The notes below the pieces were generated by a model. That model did not search any database, was not told the DNA's origin, and worked only from the letters and a program-made list of their open reading frames with translations. Source: Oligoflexia bacterium (GTDB taxonomy: Bacteria > Bdellovibrionota > UBA1018). Taken from it: a DNA stretch of 32,000 nucleotides. Positions within the stretch are counted from its first letter, which is position 1, and every line of letters begins with the position of its first letter. Location: contig JARLHE010000030.1 in NCBI GenBank assembly GCA_031292385.1, forward strand, positions 48,682-80,681. The letters are read 5' to 3'. A program made the position numbers and the translations under genes. Shown piece by piece: positions 23,930-31,773 of this stretch.

Positions 23930-26900
23930 GGAGGCAGAAGCTCGCTATAGAACGGCTTCGCTTTTGAGGCCGCGAAGGCTTGTTCGAATTCGCGCGCGAG
24001 AGTCAAAGTGGCGAGCGATTTCAGATCCGGCGCGAGATTTTTTCTCGCGTCTTCGAGCTCGGCCAGGCCTTCGCCGCGGGCGCCCGCCTGCGAAAGCGAA
24101 ATGCCTCTGAGGACTAAAAGCTCGGCGTCCGAGAAAAGTTTCTTATCGTGCGCTCTTTGCAAAAAGAACGCGACTTGCGCCCATTTCTGCGACTGAATCG
24201 CGCGCGTCCAAGCCGAGTAAAGAGCCGAGGCACCGTGGTTCGATTTCAGGTTGCCGTTCTTCTCGAAATAGGGGGCGTAGTCCAGGCCGAGGCGAACGAA
24301 GGCGAGCTGGCTCGGGTAGATCGCGCTCGGGCGAACCGCTTGCGCATCCGCTTTGAGCTTCTTCGCTTGAGAGGGATTTTCGGCGAAGAAAGGTTCGGAA
24401 ATCGCGTGAAACGCGTCGTCTTCGATCGCGAACCCGGAGGCGATCGAGAAAGCCTTGGCGCGGATGTCCTGGCCCTTTTCCTCGAACGGGACGGTCAGCT
24501 TGCGGATGGTATCTTCATACGAATGTTGTTCCGCCGGGTTCATGCCTTTCGGCGCGGGCAGCGCTTCGAGGCCGTGCGCGAGGTCGAGGTAGAGCGAAGC
24601 GGTTTCATTGAGCACCGCCGAGCGGATTCTTGCCCAAGGAAGTTCCATGGACTGCGTCGCCGCGTTTTCCATTTCGCGGATCATGTCCACGCGATGAGTG
24701 ATGTAGCGTTCATCCGCGCGGAGAGGAGCCACGTCCTTCATGGCGATCCGGTTCAGGTCGAACGTTTTCGGCACCGCGACCGAGAGGAGCGGCATGAGCA
24801 CGAACTTCGACATCGCGTCGAGGTCTTTGTAGCCGGAACCGACGGCCCGCAAAGTCAGGTTGCGATCCCGGAAGGCGAGGTGTTTGGCGCCCATCAGGGT
24901 GTAAGCGGCTAGAAGCGTCTTCACATCGCTTGAGGACATTTTCCGGAAGCGGTTGAAAATCTTGTCCGTCTCGTCATCGCCGAGTATCGCCGACGGATCT
25001 TGCTCCGGATGCGCCGAATAGAGATTCCATACGCGCTGAATTTCTCCCAGAACGCGGTACTTTTCGCACTCGTCGGCAAGCGATTCCGTGCAGATGGCTT
25101 TCGAGGCGAGCGTTTCCTTCAGGATTTTGTCATCGCCGCTCAAATACGAGAGGGCGAGGGTCTTTTTTCTCAGGTCATCCGACTTCTTCGCCGAGTTCGT
25201 TTCGATCAGGCTCCGATAATCGACCGCGGCGGCGACGAAAATATATTCGTCCTCTTCGATCGCCGCCCGTGCGAGGAGCGCATCGGTCAAGCGACCTGGA
25301 TTCTTTGAGTCGCCCTTGGCGGCTTTGATCAAGCGCCCGAAGTATCCGATCGCCCGATCGCGATCGCCCGCGGCGAGAGCCGCGGAGCCGGCAAGGTTCA
25401 AGGCGTCGCTCACGCGTTCGCTCGTCGAGTAGTCTTTCAGGAATTCATCGATGTCCGAGAGGACTTCCGCGTATCTTTTCTCCGGCTTGGGATCTTTGCC
25501 CGCCGCCGCGTAATTCCCTTCAATCCTCTTGTAGAGGCAATCCGCCGCCACTTCCGCGAGACGTTTGGCGAAGGCGCTGCCCTTCCACGCCGGAATGGCG
25601 GCGAAGGAGCGCGAAAGCTCGAGTGAGCGGTCCCAGTCCTTGCTGGCGAGGGCGGTATCGATCACGAGGCTTGCCGAAGGAATGGCGTATTCGGACTCCG
25701 GATGAGTGCGGGCGAATTTTTCCATGCGCTCGACGGCTTCCGGGATATCGCCATGCGCGTACAGCGAGCGATTGGCTTCAAACAGGAAATTGTCGAAGCT
25801 CTTGCCAGCGTGCTTTTTGTCGGCTTCCGCGTCGATCCATTCGATCCAGGTGGCGACCATGGGATCGAGCTTGGAGCGGTCCTTCTTGCCGATCGACGAA
25901 GCCGGCATCGGCTGGGCTTTGATTTCCTGTGCAACCAGGTTTCTCTGGTGCAGGGATTCGTAGCGGGCGGCGATGGCCTTCGTCGAGGCATCGGCCACCG
26001 AGGTGAGCACTTCCTTGTTGCGGGTACGGAGATGATCCACCACCCACCTATAGTGCTCGGTCGCGCCGTCGTAGTCTTTGACCGCGAAAAGAGTTTCGGC
26101 CAGGTTGTAATGGACTTGCGGGACGCGCGGATCCTGCTCGTCGACGATCTGGGTGAAAGAGTCATACATATGCACCAGGGTGCGGCTCAGCTGGGGCGCT
26201 CTTTCGTTTTGCTTGTTCTGGACGATGACGGACTGGAGGCCTTCGGCGGTGTCCAAAATCATTTTCTGGGCCTTGCCCAGGTTTTCGAACTTCATGCCGC
26301 TCTTCTTGATTTTCACGATATCCTGCGCGGCGGCCTCGAGTTTGGCGTAGTCGCGCCGATTCTGGAGGAATTCGTAGGTGATCGTGATGATGTCGAGGCC
26401 TTCCGGGCGCTTCGGCTCTTCGTTCAGGAACTGGCTTTTCCAGGCGATGAGCTCGGGCTCCATATCGCGCGTGCGGAGCAGCTTGGCGAAACGCACCGAC
26501 ATCTTGCCGAGGATCGGGCCGTCGTCATAATGCTCGCGGGAGCTGCTGGTCAGCTTTCGGAAATAAGCCAGCGCTTTCGAGGCCGGATAGCGATCGTCCT
26601 TGGCTTCAACCGCGTCGAAATAGAAAACCGGAACGTCGAGAAGCGTGTTTTCCCGAAGCGCGTTGTCCGAGCCCGCGCCGATGACATTAGCCGAGGAGTC
26701 GGCCGGCTTGCCCGCCGGCGCGTGATCATTGTACCAGGCGATCTGCTTCTCGGCATAGCCGAGGGCGGCCGGGGTGTTTTTTAGATTGTAGTAGGACCAG
26801 GCCAGCTTGTAGAGGGCGAAAGGATAGTGAGTGTCTTCCGGGCGCTTCTCGATCTCTTTCAGGTAAGTGATGGCGAGCGGATGGTTGTTGGCGTCGATGG

Positions 26901-27501
26901 CGAAATCCGCCAGCGACATATACGCGGGCGAGGTCTCCTCGGCTTGCGGAAAGTGGGTGACCAGATACTGGTAGTCCTTCGCCGCGGCCGGTTTCTTGTC
27001 CATTTCCTCATACGCTTTTCCGCGGGTGTAATAGGCGTGGGCGATGTCCTCGAAGTTCGGATATTTCGCGATCAAAAGACTCAGCGTCGCCACCGAAGTG
27101 TCGAGAGCCTTACGGTACGGGGCGAGGTCGAGCGCGTGGGGTGCGGCGCCCGGTTTGGTCTTCCGCGCGGCCGTGCCATGGGCGATACGGAACAGAATGC
27201 CGGCCTTTTGCTGCTGGAGGTCCGCGAGTTTCTCGAGAAGAACCGCTTCCTGCCGGGTGCCGGCGTATTTCCTGGATAATTTGAGAAGCTTATCGATCGA
27301 GCTTTGTTGCGCCGACAAAGCCGCTCGGTCGACGTCGCGGTCGAACTGCTCGTGGGTGGCAGCCTGGGGGGAAAGCGTTTTGACCTCGAGCGCGTCGCCT
27401 GCGTTCGCGGGCAAGTTGTCCATCAGGAGGAAATTGACCGAGCAGCCGTACAAAAGAAGAGTGATCAGATCAATTCGTCGAGAAGCCAACTTGTGGGACA
27501 C
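23920..27501 (-). CDS. Large TPR-repeat protein, probable lipoprotein (GltD/AgmU- or GltE-like by context)
   Basis: The ORF is about 1200 aa. I place the start at GTG 27501 (AAAGGAGAA 9 nt upstream, 4 nt after the ExbD stop). That gives VSHKLASRRIDLITLLLYGCSVNF with a lipobox-like LYGC. Many TPR-like helices are present (e.g. AHAYYTRGKAYEEMDKKPAAAKDYQYLVTHFP; FALYKLAWSYYNLKNTPAALGYAEKQI; VHYNLAETLFAVKDYDGATEHYRWVV). Confidence 0.7.
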   Translation of the reverse strand: MSHKLASRRIDLITLLLYGCSVNFLLMDNLPANAGDALEVKTLSPQAATHEQFDRDVDRAALSAQQSSIDKLLKLSRKYAGTRQEAVLLEKLADLQQQKAGILFRIAHGTAARKTKPGAAPHALDLAPYRKALDTSVATLSLLIAKYPNFEDIAHAYYTRGKAYEEMDKKPAAAKDYQYLVTHFPQAEETSPAYMSLADFAIDANNHPLAITYLKEIEKRPEDTHYPFALYKLAWSYYNLKNTPAALGYAEKQIAWYNDHAPAGKPADSSANVIGAGSDNALRENTLLDVPVFYFDAVEAKDDRYPASKALAYFRKLTSSSREHYDDGPILGKMSVRFAKLLRTRDMEPELIAWKSQFLNEEPKRPEGLDIITITYEFLQNRRDYAKLEAAAQDIVKIKKSGMKFENLGKAQKMILDTAEGLQSVIVQNKQNERAPQLSRTLVHMYDSFTQIVDEQDPRVPQVHYNLAETLFAVKDYDGATEHYRWVVDHLRTRNKEVLTSVADASTKAIAARYESLHQRNLVAQEIKAQPMPASSIGKKDRSKLDPMVATWIEWIDAEADKKHAGKSFDNFLFEANRSLYAHGDIPEAVERMEKFARTHPESEYAIPSASLVIDTALASKDWDRSLELSRSFAAIPAWKGSAFAKRLAEVAADCLYKRIEGNYAAAGKDPKPEKRYAEVLSDIDEFLKDYSTSERVSDALNLAGSAALAAGDRDRAIGYFGRLIKAAKGDSKNPGRLTDALLARAAIEEDEYIFVAAAVDYRSLIETNSAKKSDDLRKKTLALSYLSGDDKILKETLASKAICTESLADECEKYRVLGEIQRVWNLYSAHPEQDPSAILGDDETDKIFNRFRKMSSSDVKTLLAAYTLMGAKHLAFRDRNLTLRAVGSGYKDLDAMSKFVLMPLLSVAVPKTFDLNRIAMKDVAPLRADERYITHRVDMIREMENAATQSMELPWARIRSAVLNETASLYLDLAHGLEALPAPKGMNPAEQHSYEDTIRKLTVPFEEKGQDIRAKAFSIASGFAIEDDAFHAISEPFFAENPSQAKKLKADAQAVRPSAIYPSQLAFVRLGLDYAPYFEKNGNLKSNHGASALYSAWTRAIQSQKWAQVAFFLQRAHDKKLFSDAELLVLRGISLSQAGARGEGLAELEDARKNLAPDLKSLATLTLAREFEQAFAASKAKPFYSELLPPKR

Positions 27502-27505
27502 GGGA

Positions 27506-28006
27506 CTATTCTCCTTTGACGACCGCCAGCTTGAAATCGGTGTAGCCATTGAGAGCTGCCGAGGCAAGCACCGACTTCACGGTCGAGTAGGGAACATGGC
27601 GATCGGAAATCACGATGATTCGAGGATCTACTTTAACATCGGAGTTCGCCTTGGCAATTAAAACTTGCCGCTGGCGTTCGCGATCGAGCGCTTTGGAAAG
27701 AGATTGCGACGTGCCGTTCGCTTGGATGTCGCTCTGATTGAAGCGGTAGCCTTCGAGCGTCGCCACGGACTGTCCTTCGACGTTGACGCTCTTTTCGGAG
27801 ATCTCGACTTTCAGCGCGTCAATCGCGCTGTCTTGGCCGAAGGCCTGGGGCAGGCTCATCCCCGCCGACGGGGTGACCGTCATCGCGCTTGCCGCGTAGC
27901 TTTTGAGCAGGAACACGAGCAGGATGGTGAAAATATCGGCCATCGAGGTGATCTGCAGCGACATCTCGTCGCTCTCGGTGCGTTTTCTGGCGAATTTGCT
28001 TTTCAT
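27506..28006 (-). CDS. ExbD/TolR-family protein (AglQ/AglS-like by context), copy 2
   Basis: 166 aa. Signature SLQITSMADIFTILLVFLL with a TM Asp. Single-nucleotide overlap with the upstream ExbD gene. Confidence 0.8.
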   Translation of the reverse strand: MKSKFARKRTESDEMSLQITSMADIFTILLVFLLKSYAASAMTVTPSAGMSLPQAFGQDSAIDALKVEISEKSVNVEGQSVATLEGYRFNQSDIQANGTSQSLSKALDRERQRQVLIAKANSDVKVDPRIIVISDRHVPYSTVKSVLASAALNGYTDFKLAVVKGE

Positions 28007-28476
28007 TAGAAGCCTCCCAGTAAGACGACCGGAATCGTTTTCCGGATGGAATCCATTGCCCGAACCACGTCCTCGTACTCAACCGAATTGTCGGCGGAAA
28101 GCGTGATCGCTTTCACGGTCGGCCACTTCGCCTCGACTTGCGCCAGCTGTTGCAGCAGGGTTTCGTAGTCGTAGTTCGCGGCCGTTCCGGCGGGCACTCC
28201 TTTCGTCGTCTGCGCGATCGGAATGACTCTGTTTTCCTTGCCCGTGACCTTGAGCACGAAATTCTTATCGTGTCCCAGTTCGATGGTCAGGTTGACCGGC
28301 GGCGGAGCCTGCTCCGTCGCCGCCGCGCTTCCGCCCGCCGCGACGCCGGCGTCAAGGATGCCGATCGAAAGGAACGTCGCCGAGGCGAGCATGAAGGTGA
28401 TCAGCACCGTCAAGCAGTCGATGATAGGGGCTAGGTTCAGTTCGAAGTCTTGGTTCGAGCTACTGGAGAATGACAT
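28006..28476 (-). CDS. ExbD/TolR-family protein (AglQ/AglS-like by context), copy 1
   Basis: 156 aa. Signature ELNLAPIIDCLTVLITFML with a TM Asp. Directly abuts the MotA/ExbB gene. Confidence 0.8.
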   Translation of the reverse strand: MSFSSSSNQDFELNLAPIIDCLTVLITFMLASATFLSIGILDAGVAAGGSAAATEQAPPPVNLTIELGHDKNFVLKVTGKENRVIPIAQTTKGVPAGTAANYDYETLLQQLAQVEAKWPTVKAITLSADNSVEYEDVVRAMDSIRKTIPVVLLGGF

Positions 28477-29181
28477 TTACGCGGCCCTCCGAGCCTGCAG
28501 TTCCACCACCTTGGAGCCGTGTTCGTTGCCGCTGGAGACGGCGCTTTCCGCCTGATAGTAACGTTGCTTGAGAATATCGAGCGAGCGCATCGCGCTTTGT
28601 TCGATTTCGGCGAGCAAGCGGTTGGTGCGGTTCATCAGGAAGCTGAACGCGACCATGCAGGGAATCGCGACGCCAAGGCCCATCATCGTGGCGTTCATGG
28701 CGGTCGAGATGCCGGCGGCAAGCAAAGCCGACTTTTGTTGAGGGTCGGCGTGGCCTACCGCTTCGAAGGACGCGATCAGGCCGGCGATGGTGCCGAGGAG
28801 GCCGAGCAACGTCGCGACGTTCGCGATCATCGAGAGAAACGTCGTGCGCTTTTGGATCGATTGGATGGCGTTGCTCACCGCGATCTGTAGACCGTTCTCG
28901 ATCAGGCTCTCCGGCTGATGAGCGCGGAGGAGCGCTTCCTTGGTGACGCGGGCGACGGGCTTGGCTTGCAGGCGGTCGCAGAGGGCGATCGCGTCCCCGA
29001 ATTTTCCGGCGAGCACCAGGTCGGTGATCTTATCGAAGAAGCCTTGCATGTCGCGAATCGGGTAAACGCCGAAGAGCGCGCGCGCCCGTTCCGCCATGAT
29101 CGCGAGGGCCACCGCTCCCGCGATCAGGATCGGAGCCACATGCCAAAAACTCGTTCTGATGAATTCGAAAAAGCCGTTCAT
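28477..29181 (-). CDS. MotA/TolQ/ExbB-family proton channel (AglR-like by context)
   Basis: 234 aa with three TM segments. Conserved core LSMIANVATLLGLLGTIAGLI...LLAAGISTAMNATMMGLGVAIPCMVAFSFLMN. This is the second such channel in the window, besides tolQ. Confidence 0.85.
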   Translation of the reverse strand: MNGFFEFIRTSFWHVAPILIAGAVALAIMAERARALFGVYPIRDMQGFFDKITDLVLAGKFGDAIALCDRLQAKPVARVTKEALLRAHQPESLIENGLQIAVSNAIQSIQKRTTFLSMIANVATLLGLLGTIAGLIASFEAVGHADPQQKSALLAAGISTAMNATMMGLGVAIPCMVAFSFLMNRTNRLLAEIEQSAMRSLDILKQRYYQAESAVSSGNEHGSKVVELQARRAA

Positions 29182-29213
29182 TTTATTTCTCCTTTTTTGT
29201 TCTTTGTTCGCGA

Positions 29214-30248
29214 TCAGTCATGCTTTACGCAGGAAGTTTTTTCCCCTTCATTCAACCACTCTTTGAAAATCTCGAGAGACGCCGTCGACTTGCTGGCAGG
29301 CTTTCTGACGCCGGCAACGGCCTTGGAGCCTCCTTGCAATTCCTTGCGGATCTCGGGATCGAGCGCCTTGCTCACTTCCTCGCCCGCGTGAGCGTCGGCT
29401 TGTTGCCAGTTTCCGCCATGGGCTTCGTCCAGCGAGTCGTCCACGGCTTCGTCCGCGCCTTTTGATCCGCCGATCGCGTCCAGGAAGGAATCCTTCATCA
29501 CGATTTCTTTCTTGGGATAGTCGCAGGCTTCCTTGCATTTCGCCGTGCCGACGCAGAAGTGGGCGGTGATCAAGTCGCTGGGGCCCGCGACCGGTCCGAT
29601 CACGACCGCGTCGCTCGCGCCTTCAAGCATTTCGTGACGAACCGGTTTTCCGTTCACGCGGACGCAAACCGATGCCAGGTCTTTCACGTGGCGAGGGAGC
29701 TGAACCAGGTTTTTATGATGGCTGCACTCGTCCTCGCTCGGATGCGTGGCGAGTTTCTTGTGCTTGTAGCTGACGGTGTAGCAGGCATCCGGCTCGGCTT
29801 GAGTCTTAGTCTGAGTCGTGATTGTCGCCACTTCAAGAGGATGGATGGAGGTGGAGGGGGTTGCGACCCCAACGCCCGCTCCTCCGGATACGGAGGCTTT
29901 TTTGGAATCTTCATTTAATTGATGCGCGCCTTGGAGCGCCGTTTGAGATCCGGTTGCGGTTCCAGCCGGAGCTCCCGGTTGAACGACCGCTCCCGAGGGC
30001 GAAAGCGCGGTCGTCGCCGGATTGGCCGTGTTCGCGACCGAGCGGTTACCCGTTTCAGCCGTCCCGGCGGTGGTCGTGCCGTTCGCCGGTTGGGCCTGAG
30101 CCGGCGCTTGGGCCTGATTCGAGCTGCCAGGCTGAGTAGAAGTGGAGAGATGTTTTTCCCCTTTTTCGCGAATCAACCAAGCCCCGCCGATGAAAAGAGC
30201 GAACAGGGCACCGACGATAATAGCGTTTCGAGCACGATTTGAAATCAT
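29214..30248 (-). CDS. Membrane-anchored protein of unknown function with a low-complexity linker and a Cys-rich C-terminal domain
   Basis: 344 aa. N-terminal TM NAIIVGALFALFIGGAWLI. A long Ala/Gly/Thr/Pro/Gln linker follows. The C-terminal region has 7 Cys (ACYTV, DECSHH, SVCVRV, HFCVGTAKCKEAC, TSCVKHD). It is the first gene of the operon that continues into MotA/ExbB-ExbD-ExbD-TPR. Confidence 0.55.
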   Translation of the reverse strand: MISNRARNAIIVGALFALFIGGAWLIREKGEKHLSTSTQPGSSNQAQAPAQAQPANGTTTAGTAETGNRSVANTANPATTALSPSGAVVQPGAPAGTATGSQTALQGAHQLNEDSKKASVSGGAGVGVATPSTSIHPLEVATITTQTKTQAEPDACYTVSYKHKKLATHPSEDECSHHKNLVQLPRHVKDLASVCVRVNGKPVRHEMLEGASDAVVIGPVAGPSDLITAHFCVGTAKCKEACDYPKKEIVMKDSFLDAIGGSKGADEAVDDSLDEAHGGNWQQADAHAGEEVSKALDPEIRKELQGGSKAVAGVRKPASKSTASLEIFKEWLNEGEKTSCVKHD

Positions 30249-30250
30249 GT

Positions 30251-30298
30251 ATTAACTATATTTAACAAACTAAAGATTTGCAAACTATTTTGTTCAGG
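30251..30298 (-). promoter_or_regulatory. Conserved promoter block, copy 2 (predicted leaderless start of the motor operon)
   Basis: 41 of 48 nt are identical to 21689-21736. The minus strand reads TTGCAA (30278-30283), a 17-nt spacer, TATAGT (30255-30260), then 6 nt to ATG 30248. There is no Shine-Dalgarno. Confidence 0.55.
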
Positions 30299-30340
30299 TA
30301 TTTTTGAGTTTGCGGGGACACAGGGGGTGGGGGTTAATTG

Positions 30341-30369
30341 TTGATTATTATGGTTCAGTATATTATGCT
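30341..30369 (+). promoter_or_regulatory. Candidate sigma-70-type promoter for the first flp gene
   Basis: TTGATT (30341-30346), a 17-nt spacer, TATGCT (30364-30369), about 58 nt upstream of ATG 30428. By eye only. Confidence 0.3.
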
Positions 30370-30427
30370 TAAGTTTGGAGGCCCTCCCAGCCGATAGAGA
30401 AATATGGAAGGGTTTGGAGGAGTGGGT

Positions 30428-30628
30428 ATGAAACTACACCTGAGAAATTTTTGCCGCGCCTTCTATAAGGACGAACGCGGTCAATCCACGACCGAGTATA
30501 TTTTGATTCTCTCGGTGGTCGTGATGATCGCCATGAAATTCAAGACGACCTTCAGCTCCCAACTCGGGGGGTTGATCGGTAACCTGGGGCAGCAGCTCGA
30601 TACCGCCCAGCAGAACGCCGCGCAGTAA
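30428..30628 (+). CDS. flp: Flp-family type IVb prepilin
   Basis: GGAGGAG lies 5 nt upstream of ATG 30428 (the track ORF starts at 30404). The Flp processing motif G/XXXXEY is present in DERGQSTTEYILILSVVVMIA. 66 aa. Confidence 0.8.
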   Translation: MKLHLRNFCRAFYKDERGQSTTEYILILSVVVMIAMKFKTTFSSQLGGLIGNLGQQLDTAQQNAAQ

Positions 30629-30684
30629 GGGGCAAAATTTGCCTGGCTGCTAGTTCCTGTTAAATAGTTCATACTTAAAAAATA

Positions 30685-30933
30685 ATGCTGAGCCTTCGTA
30701 CTCACCGCAGGTGTTTGTGCTTTGTCGCGCGCGCGCTTCGCGCCTTCCTCGGGGACGAGTCCGGTCAAGCGATCACCGAGTACCTGCTTTTGCTTTTGTT
30801 TACCTTGGGCGGCGCGGTCTTGCTCGCCCGCGGCCTTCTTTCCGCGATGAATACGATGATTCTGGTTCTAGGCGGCCAGCTGGAAAAGGATCTCAAAACC
30901 GGGAGGGCGTCACTTGGCACCTGGGGGAATTGA
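30685..30933 (+). CDS. Flp-family prepilin paralog
   Basis: 82 aa. Motif DESGQAITEYLLLLLFTLGGAVLLA. Arg-rich leader. Confidence 0.65.
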   Translation: MLSLRTHRRCLCFVARALRAFLGDESGQAITEYLLLLLFTLGGAVLLARGLLSAMNTMILVLGGQLEKDLKTGRASLGTWGN

Positions 30934-31492
30934 CAGCATCGCACTGCTGGTCGGGGTTTTGGCCGTCGCGGTCGCGGGGGCGGCGACGGATCTTGTCCGC
31001 GGAAAAATCTACAATTGGCTCACGTTCCCGGCCATGGCGGCGGGGATCGTCGCATCGACCTGGGTTCATGGTTTGAGCGGGCTGGGCGGATCGGTCCTGG
31101 CGATCGGCCTTGGTTTCCTTCTTTACAGTTGGCTTTTCGTATTGGGCGCGATGGGAGCCGCGGACGTGAAATTTCTGATGGCCCTCGGTGCCTGGGGAGG
31201 TGCCCATTCCGCCCGTTTTGTTTTCCACACGGCGGTTTTAGGGGTGGTTTTGGGCGGTATTTTCGCGTTCTTTTCCCTGCTCTTTCGCGGGCGGCTGCCG
31301 GCGTTCGTTCGGAAGGTCTGGCGGTTGGTCTACAGCGCTTCTTTGTCGGTGCTGGCCAGGGAGTTCGAGGTCGAGGCGCCTCGCATCGATCCCTCGCTCA
31401 CGCTCCCTTTCGGGATTCCGATCGCGGCGGCCGCAGCGTGGGCGGCGATTGCGGATCCGCTGGTCCGGTGGGGGGGCTTATGGCCACGTTGA
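30914..31492 (+). CDS. cpaA: A24-family prepilin peptidase (CpaA/TadV type)
   Basis: TTG start with GGGAGGG 6 nt upstream. Polytopic, with both Asp motifs: AATDLVRGKIYNWLT and GAADVKFLMALGAWGG. It overlaps flp2 at its 5' end and the next gene at its 3' end. Confidence 0.8.
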   Translation: MAPGGIDSIALLVGVLAVAVAGAATDLVRGKIYNWLTFPAMAAGIVASTWVHGLSGLGGSVLAIGLGFLLYSWLFVLGAMGAADVKFLMALGAWGGAHSARFVFHTAVLGVVLGGIFAFFSLLFRGRLPAFVRKVWRLVYSASLSVLAREFEVEAPRIDPSLTLPFGIPIAAAAAWAAIADPLVRWGGLWPR

Positions 31493-31773
31493 GCTCACGC
31501 CATGCGAATTCGGCGCAATCGGGGCAGGCGACGACCGAATACATCCTGCTGCTCTCGATCGTCGTGATGATTTTCGTGATGCTGAGCGAGGGGCTCGCGA
31601 GAACCCAATTGATCGGCAAGCTGACCACGCTGATCACGACCGATTTCAGCAAGGCCTATCAGAACGGCCACTACGCGGCGAGCGCTCCGGACGATCCGGG
31701 CGGGGCGTTCAAGCATCCCCGCGCGACCGGGCCGGAAAGTTTCCGGATTATTTATTTAAATGGTAGCAATTGA
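31480..31773 (+). CDS. Flp-like prepilin / minor pilin with an extended C-terminal region
   Basis: An internal ATG at 31480 in track ORF 31015..31773 gives MATLSSRHANSAQSGQATTEYILLLSIVVMIFVML..., 97 aa. It has the same G/XXXXEY motif. Its N-terminal DNA is a paralog of flp1. Confidence 0.6.
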   Translation: MATLSSRHANSAQSGQATTEYILLLSIVVMIFVMLSEGLARTQLIGKLTTLITTDFSKAYQNGHYAASAPDDPGGAFKHPRATGPESFRIIYLNGSN

